Shown here in pieces: positions 1-12,437 of a stretch of 64,000 nucleotides of DNA. Positions within the stretch are counted from its first letter, which is position 1. Each line of letters begins with the position of its first letter. The translations under genes were made by a program, and so were the position numbers. The notes under the pieces were generated by a model. That model ran no database searches, was not told the origin of the DNA, and saw nothing but the letters and a program-made list of their open reading frames with translations. Origin of the DNA: Gonapodya sp. JEL0774 (Eukaryota); the NCBI GenBank assembly GCA_027604505.1, contig JADIIX010000021.1, positions 62,001-126,000 of the forward strand, written 5' to 3'.

Positions 1-348
1 CCCCACGAGAAGCGGGAGCGTTCCGACCAGACCAAGATTGTCGAGGGAAACTGAGTTCACGCGGTAGTCTGGTGTGCAGTTGATGAAAAGAGTTATGTTG
101 CAACAGGTTCCCACAGGCCCTGATAGGTTTGAGAAGGAAACAGGACCAACCGGCCGTCATCACATGCGGTAAGAAGAGGAACGAGCGATGCACGTACATG
201 GCAAGGGCAGATTTGATTGATAGAAAAGAGATTCCCACGGAGCGCAGTCAGCTGATTGGTTCTGTGCGCGAGAGATGGTCGCCGCCGCGATGAAGATGAC
301 GACCACAAGGTAGATCAGACTAGTCGGGAAAGCGAACAAGACACGCAT
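1..348 (-). CDS. Secreted/receptor-like plant-type LRR (L-domain-like) protein, N-terminal part; runs off the window edge
   Basis: Hydrophobic signal peptide MRVLFAFPTSLIYLVVVIFIAAATISRA. Removing the intron at 197..120 (GTACGT...CTATCAG) gives PWPVGTCCNITLFINCTPDYRVNSVSLDNLGLVGTLPLLVG, matching the Cys N-cap plus first LxLxxxGLxGxLP repeat of plant-type LRRs. Alternative ATG at 399. Confidence 0.7.
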
Positions 349-1276
349 TTTGCGATGGACTCCTAGGACATGAAGATAGAACGATTTGCCGGCCACCATC
401 GAATATTTCTCATTTTGCGAAAGTATACGTCATCCGGTCATCCAGCCTTGTGCTGTTCCATCCTGGACTGCCGAATGTGCCTGTTCCACCTTCGGCACCA
501 AAGTCGCCCATCCGCATGACAACTTTGCTGCGCCAAAAACACCTCAAATACTCTGAATAAACTAAGATAAAGATACAGCGCAATGATAGAACTAGTTGTT
601 ACCGTCTTACTTTTGTGGCATCGTGACCTCGCCCACGCACTGGACTCATAAAAAAATGAAAAAGCGAATAGTACACAAAATTCAATACCGTAAACGGCGT
701 AGCCGAATACATTCATATTTCTCGTTCGTGGACGGAAAAAAGTGGCGCAGTTGATGACTCGTTGCTGTCTCCTCCAGTCCACCCACAGATTTTTCAACCA
801 TATACACGGGTCACAGTCGCAGCAGGAACAGGCTGGAAAATCGGCAGAGTCCAGAAGGCACAGAACACATTTCAATCAAGTTTTAAGGTGGAAAACGAAG
901 ACGACAAAGGGCGAAGAAGACGTCGCTTGGAAGTGGAGGGGCGACGATCGAGGTTGGAGGGGCGATTCAGCAAAACAGAGCGAAATCGCGAATCGGAACG
1001 TGAAGTCTTGGAGGATTTGTCGAAAAACTGGACGGATTCGTCGTGGAATCGGCGTTTAGAGTCTGCGATTCGACGTGCAGATCGCCCAAGATTTGGGAAC
1101 TGAATTACGCTGGAGCCGCCGCTTTGTTGGACACAATCGCCCTCAAAAAACGAAACCTGTAATTAGAATTTTTGGTTTCAAGTGAGTGATAGTTTGTCTA
1201 GAGACGGTGCATGGATGGGTGTTCATGGCCAACCGTGGGCGACTAGCTCTACGTGCTATTATTAGGTCCCGAAAGA

Positions 1277-4200
1277 TGCACCTCTCAATCGCACTTGTCT
1301 CCGAGCAATCCCGTTACTTGGAACGAAATCTCGCCGTTGCGCGACCATCCTCCGTCACGGTATCCAACCCGCCGACGTCTGATTCTTCAAAGTTGTCGAC
1401 AACCCGATCCACCTTCACCCCGTCCAAAATCTCTCTCACCATCGGCCTTCTTCCCCTCCTCCGCCTCCCATTCTCCTCGTACGCCGACCTCCTTTTCCGA
1501 CTCGCCCGTCTCGCCCGACGCGTGTCTCCAAGCATCGTCGCCCACTTGGGCGCCCTCACCGCAGCCCAGCAAGTCGCAGCAATGGGCCAGGCTGGACTCT
1601 TGGCCGGACCATCTTCGGTGCGGAGGGAAGGCGTTGTGAAAGGACTCGGTGTTCCTACAGCTGCCATGGCGGTCATCCTGGCCGCGTCCCGCAGCCGACT
1701 GAGGGAGACCGTCGTGGAAACCACATGGACAGTACCTGTCTTGGCCTTCTATGGTGAATCACATTCATCAGCTGTGCCACTGGAATTTTCTGCGAGAGTA
1801 ACTGTGCTAGCGCCGGTGCCAGAGCCAGTGCAAACGCGAGAGCCAGTGCGACCGCCAGAGCCAATACCGACATCATCCGCAGCCGTCTCTGCCTCCACCT
1901 CAATCTCACCCACCGATGCTCCGTCGACCCCATCGACCGATCCTCCGTCCAACTCATCCCGCCGCTCAGCCCGCCGCCGCCGTCGTTCCCGTCCTCGCGC
2001 ATCTCCTGAACCATCCCCCCACCACCATGTCGAACCTACCGATTACTCAACATCGATGTCCGTCCTTACGCCTTTCCTTGTCCCGTCGCTCGCCTCTACG
2101 ACCACCGAGAGCCCGAGCCCCAACGGATCATCAATCTCCCGCGCCGAATCGTCCCCTTCCCCAGTGGCAGCCAACGCTCCACCGGAACTCAATGAGACAC
2201 CTCACAGCGCTTCGGCAGAGACAAAACCGGTACGCGGCCACCGCCGACGCCGCCCCCGTCCGCACAAGTCTCCTGAGCCATCCCACCACTACCTTGTCGA
2301 ACCTACCGATCACTCGACCATTCGTCCCACCAAACATGCCCAAACTCCCCTCGAAGCACTATTGACTGATCCTGCGTCCTCAACAATTACTCACCCTCTC
2401 ATTCCTACTACCCTTTCTCGCCTCCTCCACAGCAGCAGCACCTTTCCCCTACCTGCCCGGGATATGGCGATTCTAGCACTGGCACTTCTGGCATCAGGAA
2501 GGCTCGGTGATGCATCTTTTGTGGTGGAACGGGCTATGCCCTGGAAACGGAAGGAAGGGAGCAACTCCGTGACGTCGTCGTCGGTGGCCGTGGGCAGGCA
2601 CAGTCCTGCGTATTCGGACGGGGACAGTGGATTCGTTGAGAGCGATGGCGGCGATGGAGCTCTGGATGAGTCGGTAGAGGCTTCGTTGGAGACGCCGCAG
2701 GATATGGAAGTTGGGGCGGACGTCGCGAGAGTGGTGCGTTTGCCAACATGGGCTACCTCGAACCCGAAGGACACCAACCTGATCAACGCAGTGGCAGCAG
2801 TTGTAGCTACGAGGATGCGGAAGTGGGAGGACGCGGCGGAGCGTGTTGTAGAGGCTTTGGGCGGGGAGGTGCAACTTGCGTGGTCAGACACTAAGGAAGC
2901 GGTGTCGTTGTTTTCGGACGATGACCTGGTGGCCGTCCTAGCCGGCAATGCCGATAATTTGCTGGACGCAACTGCCACTGTCATCTTGGACAGTTGCGGG
3001 AAGCTGCCACCGGACCTTGCGGCAAACTTGGTTCTCGCACTCTTGCCTCGTGCCACGGCGGATGGACCTGCCCCTGCACTCAAGACCGCTCTTGCCAAAT
3101 ACACCACTTCTCAGCTCTCGTACGCACTCCCAGCAGGCATCCTCCTCTCTCTTGCCGCAAACAGAAAACTCGGATCGGCACTGTGCCTCTTCGTAGGCGC
3201 GACTTGTCTCGAATCCGCGCTCGAACGCGCGTCGCGACACTTTTCCGACAAGAGCGCGGAGCCTCACCTCGCCGTACGTCTCCTCGCCGCGGCTGACGCA
3301 GGCGCATTTGGCCCTGCTCGTGCATCGGCTAAGGCGTGGGCAAAACCTGTTGTCGCGTGGGCACGGATGAAGGAGTTTACGGCTGCGGCGAAGTGCTGGA
3401 CCACGATGAAGGAGAGAGCAGATGCGTGGGAGTTTACAGCAGCAGTGGAGGCTGCATGTCGCGGACTGTCCAAGACGAACCCTGCTATGTGCATACAGCA
3501 TCTGCAACGGATGGTAGATCTGGGATATGTGAGGGAAAGGACTTTGGGGGTGGTCGGAGAAGGCTTGGTGTCTGGGCTAGGAGAGGACGGACTTGCAGCG
3601 ATAGAGCGGACGATGGAGCAGACCAACTTGAAGTGGTCCCCAGTGATACTGTGCGGTGTGGTGGCTGGATTTGCATCCAGACGGGACATGAAAAGTATCC
3701 GCCTCGTGATTGCCCGAGCGATGACTGGGGGGTTGACGCCAGGTGAATTGGAACGGAATGTGGCCGTTCGCAATGGCGTTGCGTCGGGTTTGAGAAAGAG
3801 TGGGAACCCTCAGCATGCGCTAAATACACTCTCTGCAATCATCGGAATCCACAAAAGAGATTCTTCGGATCCAGCAAATGCAGACAGCGTCTTCTCCCTC
3901 AATCACTATGGAAAGCGATCCGACCTGTCCACGTACCACACCGCATGTTGCTGCTTGCTGGACATGGACAACCCCGAACGAGTCATTGATCTCCTCAGCC
4001 TCATCCATCAGACCGACCATCGCTGGACCCCATACACGATCAGTATTTTGGCAAATGCGTGGGCCGCGACGGGCCACCACGCAAACGCTGTTTCAATTAT
4101 CGAAGATGCCGTGAGAGCCGGGCGAACCGATTCTTTCTTGGTCAGACACATGATGTTTCTGGCAAGCGATGCGACACCCGAACCACTATCGGAAGCGTGC

Positions 4201-4683
4201 CAAGATGGAATGAAGTGGTTGAGCGAGCGTGGCTTGGAAGATGAAGGTGGCCCCATGGCCTTCCATTTCCTCATGCGGTGTATCGCTAGACTGGGTGATG
4301 TTGAAGGGACACGGAAGCAGCTGGACAAGATGGTGGCGGCCGGCTTTCCCGTGGACAAGGTTGCGACGCACAACATGATGTTGGCGTGCTACGTTGCCGC
4401 ACTGCGGGCGCGGGATGTTTCCGATCAGCAGTTTTTCCGGGATGAAGGATTGCGATGGTTTAAAGTTTTCCAAACATTGTCCAATGAGAGTGACAGCACT
4501 GGGGTTCGACGTATTCAATCCCGCGAAGGACAGATGCGCGACTCCTGGACGTTGGGAGGGCGGCTGAACTCTTTTGTTGTCACCGCGTATGGTCTTAACC
4601 GGTGGGCCAATTTTGGGAAGATACACTCGAGGCGCATTCCCTCAGATGGAGATAATACCACACGATTATATGTAAATATGTAG
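1277..4683 (+). CDS. Pentatricopeptide-repeat (PPR)-like protein, intronless, with Ser/Pro-rich N-terminal region
   Basis: Uninterrupted >1100-aa ORF. The C-terminal half has ~35-aa helical repeats (TYHTACCCLLDMDNPERVIDLL; YTISILANAWAATGHHANAVSII; AFHFLMRCIARLGDVEGTRKQLDKMVAAGFPVDKVATHNMMLACY). The Arg/Ser/Leu-rich N-terminus is compatible with mitochondrial targeting. Start ATG is uncertain. Confidence 0.7.
1969..2320 (+). repeat. Dispersed in-frame direct repeat (~85 bp, two copies 267 bp apart) within the PPR gene
   Basis: RRRRRSRPRASPEPSPHHHVEPTDYST vs HRRRRPRPHKSPEPSHHYLVEPTDHST; the DNA core GTCGAACCTACCGAT is shared. Confidence 0.85.
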
Positions 4684-5095
4684 CTCGCATACATAAGGAA
4701 GGCGGCTGATGGCCCTGACAGTATCAATGAGAACCCGTTGTACCTACTGCCGTCAGTCGCTCTTTGAGCGTTGTATACGAGAACTTATTCTGTTTGCAGA
4801 CTCAAATGGTGTGTAATCAAACTATGCTTTCACTCCGCCAGTGAATGTTCAAACACCTTGTGTACGAGTCTCAAACAAGTGAGGTTGTCGTGTGAGAACA
4901 AGAACGGACACTGCCAGTCCAAAGAACGAACCCTGCCTGCCACACTCATACCGTCCTTAGGACTTTTTGGACAGTATACTCATCCATGCAATGTAATATT
5001 TACCAAATTGGTGATATATGAAGATGAACACCACAACAACAGCGCTACCCTGCTCCAACCCCAACAGCGGTACTGCCAACCCACCGTCGGCTGCT

Positions 5096-6476
5096 TCATT
5101 TACCGCTAAGAGCTCCCCATGGGAACATGCCCTGCTTACCGGTCGAGATGTTGAAACCAAACGCCCATCTGTCGCGTCGAACGCAATTATATATCAACGG
5201 ACTGACTTAGCACGCTCTAGGGAAATCAACGACTCACCCGTCATCGTACACCTGCTCCACCCTCACAGAATCCCCGTACCGGACCGATAGTTCGTCGGAT
5301 TCGGTGGACGAGTATCCCTAAACGTCGGTGCAAGAGGTAGAGGGGTGTGGAGGCGGTCACGAACCGCTCTTCCCGAGACCAGACTTCAAAAAAGAAAAAT
5401 CAACAGAGCCTACCTGTGTTTTCACGGTATAGGTAGAGCCTGGGGTGAATCCAGGCGGAGTAACGATGTTGGTAGAAAGAGGCGGTGCGCTGGGCGCACC
5501 GGACGAGGTGGGACCAGCAGGTACGCCCCCCGCAGAGGACATGGACATCAACGGAGGTGCTGCAAATTTCTTGCTCGAGCTTCGAGGAATGGCGGGCGGG
5601 GCGGGCGGGTGGAGTGCATTAGAGCCGGGAGCGACGCTCGCCACCGTTTGGTAGGAAGGAGGTTGGAGTCGTTCGCTCTTGGGATAGGATGGTTCTTCGT
5701 CCGATTCGTCTTCAAAACCTCCAGGGCCTGTCGGGACCATGGTGGGTTGGTAGGCCTGTGCTCCTCTGAAGGGCTTGGCGTGCATGGGTTGGTAGGAGGC
5801 ACCGTAGCGTGCACTTCGAGCCCGTCCTTTCCGGGAGATGAAGAAGTACACGACTCCTATGATCAATATGATTGTGAGGGCTACGGCGAGTACGATCCCG
5901 CCGATGACGGTTCCAGATAAGCGGGATACCGTCTTGCAGGCGGATCTGAAGTCGTCGATGGATGTGCCGTTGATGATAGTGGGGCACTCGGCCACGCACT
6001 TGGCATAGAGGTCGACATTTGTGCAGAGGCAGGCAGCCTAGAGGGTTCATTGCGGGTTGTAGGTTGTTGGTGAAACGGGAATGGCCGGAAACCCTTGGCA
6101 TCGCTTCGTGATGCCCTTTTCTGGCAGTCGGAGACGAATCGCTGTACTCACAATACTTGATTCACTCCCACGAGAAAGCTCCTAATGAGTTGTAGGTTTA
6201 GAAACCAGGTGATGAAAGCCCAGAAAGGTATGGAGGAATACGAAGACATGTAAAAAGAGGAGGAACTCAGACTAGCTTTCGACAGAAACGCTCACGATCC
6301 ACACTCACCGACTGGCATACACCATAAACCTGGAGACAGGTCCCTTGCAATGCACAGGACGTCTCATTCGCGCGAGGTCGAAGGAAAACGACGGATGGGG
6401 ATGCGACAGCCGGATCTGGCAATGCGGCCAAGCCCACCAACACGGCCGCGAGAAGAAAAGTTGGGATGTCCCGCAT
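5096..6476 (-). CDS. Type I single-pass membrane protein: signal peptide, small Cys-rich ectodomain, TM helix, Pro-rich linker, C-terminal SH3 domain
   Basis: Signal peptide MRDIPTFLLAAVLVGLAAL; TM VIGGIVLAVALTIILIIGVVYFFI. The spliced 3' exons read YTVKTQ|GYSSTESDELSVRYGDSVRVEQVYDDG|WAFGFNISTGKQGMFPWGAL, the SH3 consensus. Stop at 5098-5096. Confidence 0.85.
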
Positions 6477-8064
6477 CGCCGATGATTCGCGAGTCCCCGA
6501 GTTTTCTTTCTCGAGTTTGGGTTTGTGGATGGGTTCGTTCTAGGTGGGCGCCAAACCGTTCTCTGATTCCAAGTCCCACAAAGCCGAGGGCACCGCCTCT
6601 GTTTAACCAACCACACCGACCCGCCTCAGTCCAACACCAAAACCAAATTACTTATATAAACATTTACTAGATTTGCAGGCTCCTTAAGCGGTCTTTAAGC
6701 GGCTCCCGTCTGCTTTTTCCTGTTCGGTACGGTCTCTACGTATTCGATTTCCACTAGTTTTTACGCAGCCGCCACCCCCACAATGCAATGATGAAAACCT
6801 CAGACCACTCTTTATATCCTCCCCACCTGCAAAGAGCACACTGTATTGCTGCCAAATGGCCGCATTGCGCGCGACCGTGGCTCTGCAGATTTCTTTATAC
6901 TCAGGTTTGCAGGCTTGTGTCACCGCCTTGCCATCCTCAAGTAGTGCGAAGTACTGGGTGTACTAAGTGGAAGCATGAATCCAACTCAATTGCAAAAGAA
7001 TGCTTTAAATTTCTCTGTAGTCTGTCCTGCAAAGACGAGCATGCCGGGCATGTGTTCGGGTGACACTCGGCAAACTTATATTGCAAGAGAACTACTGGTT
7101 TCACTGATTGCCAGATACGCAGCTTTCTAAACACATTGTAGGTGTGCTTTTCTTTGTGCGCACCTTTTCGAATAACTGAACTCGACGCTCGATGTTGTGG
7201 ATGCGGGGTGACCCCGCGTTGGAGAATTTCGCAGTGGCTGCTCCAGTGCAAAGCATCGTAGTGTCTCCCACAAGCCACAAGGAATCGGCAATAGCATTTG
7301 GGCTAATGAAGGCAAAAGCAAACAAACGGGCAAAGTTTTTTGAGCTATGATTACACCATGTGGTGCAAAGGGTTGTTTTACATAATGCCATGGATATGTG
7401 GTACCACTGTCCGCGAATGGTGATGCGACTATTAAAAGGGGCAGTTCTCGGTGTTCCAGACGGTGAACAAAGCTCGGTTGCCGTTCAAATAAAACTTCGG
7501 TCACACCCTCTTGAGTTTTGGTGGGGCCAGGTAACCGGTGGCACAGCCACGGAGCCCACCTCTCTTCAAGCACACGCTTCGCAAAAGCTGTTCAAACAAC
7601 CACTCAAAAATTCGCACGGACTCACACGCCAGAGACCCGGTGGATACGGCAATTCCAGTCGGCATGGACGGATTGCAAATGCAATCGACACCACAGCGAG
7701 ATCGCTCGGGGAACCGAACACGATCGGACGACGGCGGTGGACTCAGTCCGGGATGGATCCTCCACGTTCCGCGTCTGGGAAAGGCCATGACCATGGAGAT
7801 GAAGAGCTTGATGCAAGCGTGTGAAACACGAGGAGAAATGGATGGTACAGTAGTGTTTTCAGAGTCTGATTGTTTGGCTGGCTGTGGGCGACGCTTCCCA
7901 TGAATGAACCTCGTCTTCACGTTCTGTTCAGCGGTCCACCTCCTCCACATAACACTGCTTCGTCATCTGCAAATCGATTCCACAATCGATTCGAACAGGC
8001 CAAAGTCTCACAGTGAGGCAATTTTATCTCTGGAGTCGGTCGACAGAAGGACGGAACTCTTTAG

Positions 8065-11000
8065 CCAGGCGTTTCTGACCCTGGAGGACTCGACGCACTC
8101 TTGACTCAGTGGAAGCCTCAGTCAATAGCTGCAGCGAGTCCCAGTCAGGGCCAGTACAACAGCTGGAGCCAGAGTCAAAGTCAGGGCCAGGGCCAAAGCC
8201 CTACCGACCAGCAGATTCAAACGCGGCCCAACCCACCGTTCACCACCCCGCGCAAGACGTCTCACAACGCACCACCTCCACTGCCACTAACACCGCCGAC
8301 TACTCCGCTTGCGAGACGCTACAGCACAAAGTACAAGTCCAAAACCAGCTCGACCCGCCCGCAAGATGTATGGGGCCGCATGTTTCGTGTTCCCGGCTTC
8401 GGGTTTCCTCGGCCACCAGACACCGTTCCACAAGATTGCGTGTGGGCCAGCTTCGCACGCAGGATGGCCGAGAGGGCTGAAAGTGAACCTTTTGAACCTT
8501 CCACGCCTACACCACCATCGACACCTCGCTTCAGCCAACAGAACGCACAAGAACCGTTTCACACAAGTCCTATACCTGCCAGGAGATGTAATTCGCATCC
8601 TGGCTCCTCTTCCTCGGCTTCATCCTCTTCTGACCCTTCCATACCGCTGAAATATCACAGCCAATCACAATCCTCGCCAACTCCGTCCCAGAACACATCG
8701 CGGTCTTCTATGCTGCCGACTCCTCTCCCACCCCAAACGTGCGTCGTGTACACAGCTGTAGTGTCCGTGGTTGCGGCCCCCACGTTGTCCATCAACGATC
8801 GCGGCCGTCTTTCAACTCCGGGCCGGCTCGTCCTCACCTTCTCGCCTCCCAAAGCAGACACACCAACTCGAATGACAGCGGAACGGGGCTCATACGGTGT
8901 GCTTAACGTTGCAGTGGAGGTTTCTCCGAATGCACTGACCAAGCATGAAAACCCGGACCGGAAAGTCGACGCGGAAGCGAGCGTCCGATCCAGCGCTATT
9001 CGCTGGCTGGGGGGTTTTCACGTGGCTGGTGGCTGGTGGGATTGGGTGCATTGGAGGGAGGCGGTGAGTATAAGTATTTTTGACAATGTGGCTTGGAAAC
9101 TCAAACAGTTTTCAATGTACCGACGGTGTGCTTGTCCACACGTGTAACGCGGGGGCTTCTTCTCTACAATCTGAGACGCCAACAGACCAGGGGTGAATCA
9201 AAGGATAGCGTGAGTCTTGTAGCCTTGTTCAAGAAGAATTGTACGAATCGTACACTAGGTACTACCCAGATTAACTCACCCCCGCGCACGCACTTGGTCT
9301 CCAACCTCTTGTCTGCCGCCATCCCTCACAGTACGGCATCTTTTTCCTGACTCGCCACCACTCATTGCTCGGCGACCTCTCTCCGCTCCCCTTTCTACCC
9401 ACGAGTCTCCACCTCTACCCTCCAGTCGGCGAGAACCACCTGCAGTACCTCTCAAAAGCATCAGCTCGCCTGGATCTCTCGTGCTCCCGTACATTGAGGG
9501 TTCCGCTCGATCCAGACACGGAGGTACGAATCGTGCCGGATCTACGAGGTCCCCCCACTTCCGAGGAACCTTTGGGCGCTTGTATGACCGACGGATGTGG
9601 CTTAGTGTCCATCGAGGTAATGGAAAAACTTTCTGCAGCAAAGGGAATCCATCGAAGAGAGATGCCCCACGCGGTTCAGGTCAGATATAAGGGTTGTAAA
9701 GGAATGCTCATGGTCGACTTGGAAGGACGTCTGCTTGAACCCGGGAAGAAGGTGCATTTCACGGAAAGTATGTGCAAGTACCGTACGGAAGAGGATGACG
9801 TTCCCGGTGTTATGGAAGTAGTTATGGTGAGTACAGGTGGCTTCAGAAGGCTCTCAATTTGTATTTTCTGACATCACTTTACCGCAATTAATGTCTTTCA
9901 AGTTCGCTCAGGATACAGACGGCAGACTCAACCAAGAATTCGTCACGGTTTTGGAAGCTGGTGGCGTCACCAAAGAGGTGCTCTGGGAGCGATGGGTTTG
10001 TGTTTTGTCAACAGTGTCTTTGAAGGTACATACATACGAGGAATAAACGTACATGATTTGCAGGTGGAATACGTCAACACGTTTCGAGCCCTGTGCTTCC
10101 CTCCCAATCCAGAGGAAACCGAGCCACTGATCAATTTTCTCGCGAGGGACATCCCCTCCGACCCACTCACCGGACATCGGTTGCCCTCTTTGGATTTCGT
10201 CGAAGAACAACTCTGCCAAAAGGCGGAAACATTACGGGGAGTGCTTCTACAGCACTTTACGTACGAGGAACCTCACGTCAACGCGATGCTTCGGGATTAC
10301 CTTGCATCCCACAACCGACTGGTTCGAGAAAGGGCAACAGTTCCTATCGTTGAAAGTCGCAGAATGGTAATTTTGCCGGATTGGACAGGGTCTCTCGAGG
10401 AAGGCGAATGCTACTTTGAGCTTCCACAGCCCGTGGGGAGGTTCCTGGACGGACAGTACGTCCTGGCACTCAAGAACCCCGCTCGGCTACCTTCAGACTG
10501 TCAGAAGCTAAAATTTAAATATGTCGAGGCACTCAGGTTTCACACCAAGGTTTGCTTCCTATCGGTCAAGGGGAATGTTCGCGAGGCAGACAGAATCAGT
10601 GGGGGTGACTATGACGGTGAGTGACGGATGTCAATTAGCAGAATCAACGTAGTCCCTCATCCACAAGCCTCATGTGTGACTAATCTTGATTAGGTGATGT
10701 AGCTTTGCTCATTTGGGACGAGGGCATTGTGAATTCGTTCACGAAACCGACGAGAAATGTTCCACCTGTCTTCGGAGCAGTGAAAGATGCATTCGCTAAA
10801 TCGGACCTAACGGTCGTTTCTGTGGTGACAAACCTGGGTAGCGAAGATCAATGGAGAGACCTGATGCAGCAGACCCGCGACAACTGGCGAGACACTCATT
10901 GGGAAATACGCACTGTACCACGCCGCTGCCACCGAAAAGTTTGGACTTGACTACGGGGACACGCTATACTACGCACAAATGTTTGCAAAGTGAGTGACCG

Positions 11001-11942
11001 TCGCTGCTGTCTTGGGGAAAGTGTTGAGTTGGGTGATGGGACGCTTGTCGGCCTTTTGGACATCAGATTAATGGATGCGAGGAAACAGGGCGAGGTCATA
11101 AAGGCGTCAAAACTTGAAGAAGACAGAAAGCATTTTGAGAGTAAGCTTCTGCTTCTACACATACACCAGTTGAATGAAACATCGTGTGTGATCTGATTTC
11201 ACAATTCCAGGAAACTTTTGTTGGCCCAGATCTCCGTATTGGTGGAAGTGGTGATCTAAGGAAGCCGTTGCCTCAGGGATTGAATGTTCCCCAAGTGCCG
11301 GTACACACGAAGTTTCTTTGGGCTTTGATCACAAACAAGGAGGAAGAACCAGGAGGGCTCCCAACGTTCGTCGGTTTCGAGTGAGTCACAGGCTTCAATT
11401 TCACTGAATACAGGAGGACTAAAGTTCTGATTACAACAAGCCGCGACATCATAAGCTACCTGGAGGGCGAGGCTGAGGAGAGAGATGAAAAATTTCGAAG
11501 TGACTTCAAGTGCATTGATAGCGTGGTGCGTGAGGTGCAGTCTTTGTGGAACAACTATTGGCAGCAGGAGAAAAGCGGTGTTCCTCGCCATGTTCCCTGG
11601 GATAAGCCAAAGGGGGAAGCGTGTCGAGACATTGTTCCTCCCCCACCGGGAGTTAGCTACGAGGAGCTTGTTGTACACCTTCGCCGGCCACTTGATCAGC
11701 ACCCACAGGAGAGATATTTGCAATCGCCGTGCTTCCGCGAGGAGGCTGGAATCGATCGCCTCACAAAACTAAAAGGGGCGATCTTGTATCGCATCTCCAG
11801 CAACGACGACTACATGATGCAACCAAAGAAATTTGCATTTGTGTTGGTGTCCGATTATCTGGGAAACATAAAGGCAACCAAGGTTGCCCGGAAGACGGTG
11901 GTGTCCCCAAGACAATCTCCAGCTCGAGAGCAGCCGGGGTGA
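8065..11942 (+). CDS. Eukaryotic RNA-dependent RNA polymerase (RNAi pathway, QDE-1-like), multi-exon; further 5' exon(s) probably at ~7750-8010
   Basis: Motifs KASARLDLSCSRT, CMTDGCGLVS, PHAVQVRYKGCKGML and KNPARLPSD. The catalytic ADRISGGDYDG|D motif is completed across the intron at ~10617-10693. Confidence 0.92.
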
Positions 11943-12405
11943 GGATGTCAAAATAGATATATCGCCGTAGAGCTTACAGCGTGAGAGCTGTGGGATCTTA
12001 TTCTGGGAAGGATTTCAAGAGTGAAACGCGTACGGAGTTATGTTATGGTGTACGAGTTGCGGGCGGAAGAGTGGTAAGTGACGCCCAAGCAGGGGAATTG
12101 GCTTTTGCCTCTCGGGATCTGTCAAAGTCCGTGTGAATACGCTATTCAGGTGGATCGAAGCGCGGAATGTTGAAATGGAAGGAGATATCCCCGATATAAT
12201 GTGTTGCAAGCAGAGCGTGGAGCCATTACTCAGGATGGGTCACGCATATCCAACTTTAATATGCCTGTATCAAGTTGTTAGTTGATTGTGACTTGGCTTT
12301 TACAATTATTTATTGATTCGTTGCTCCATTCGGGTGGTTTCGTCTTTCCTGCGTTCCACCTGCGAAGATCTGGAGGAAACAACGATTCTTGAGCCAGCTC
12401 ATTTG

Positions 12406-12437
12406 ATTGGAATCACCATTGGAATCACCATTGGAAT
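12406..12437. repeat. 12-bp tandem repeat ATTGGAATCACC (~2.7 copies; three reverse CCAAT boxes) upstream of the F-box gene
   Basis: ATTGG at 12406, 12418 and 12430. A regulatory role is inference only. Confidence 0.7.

Noticed and set aside
2391..4626. Long antisense and alternate-frame ORFs over the PPR gene (likewise over the dynein, MFS and ABC genes)
   Set aside because: These are shadow ORFs expected from GC-rich coding sequence and carry no independent motifs.
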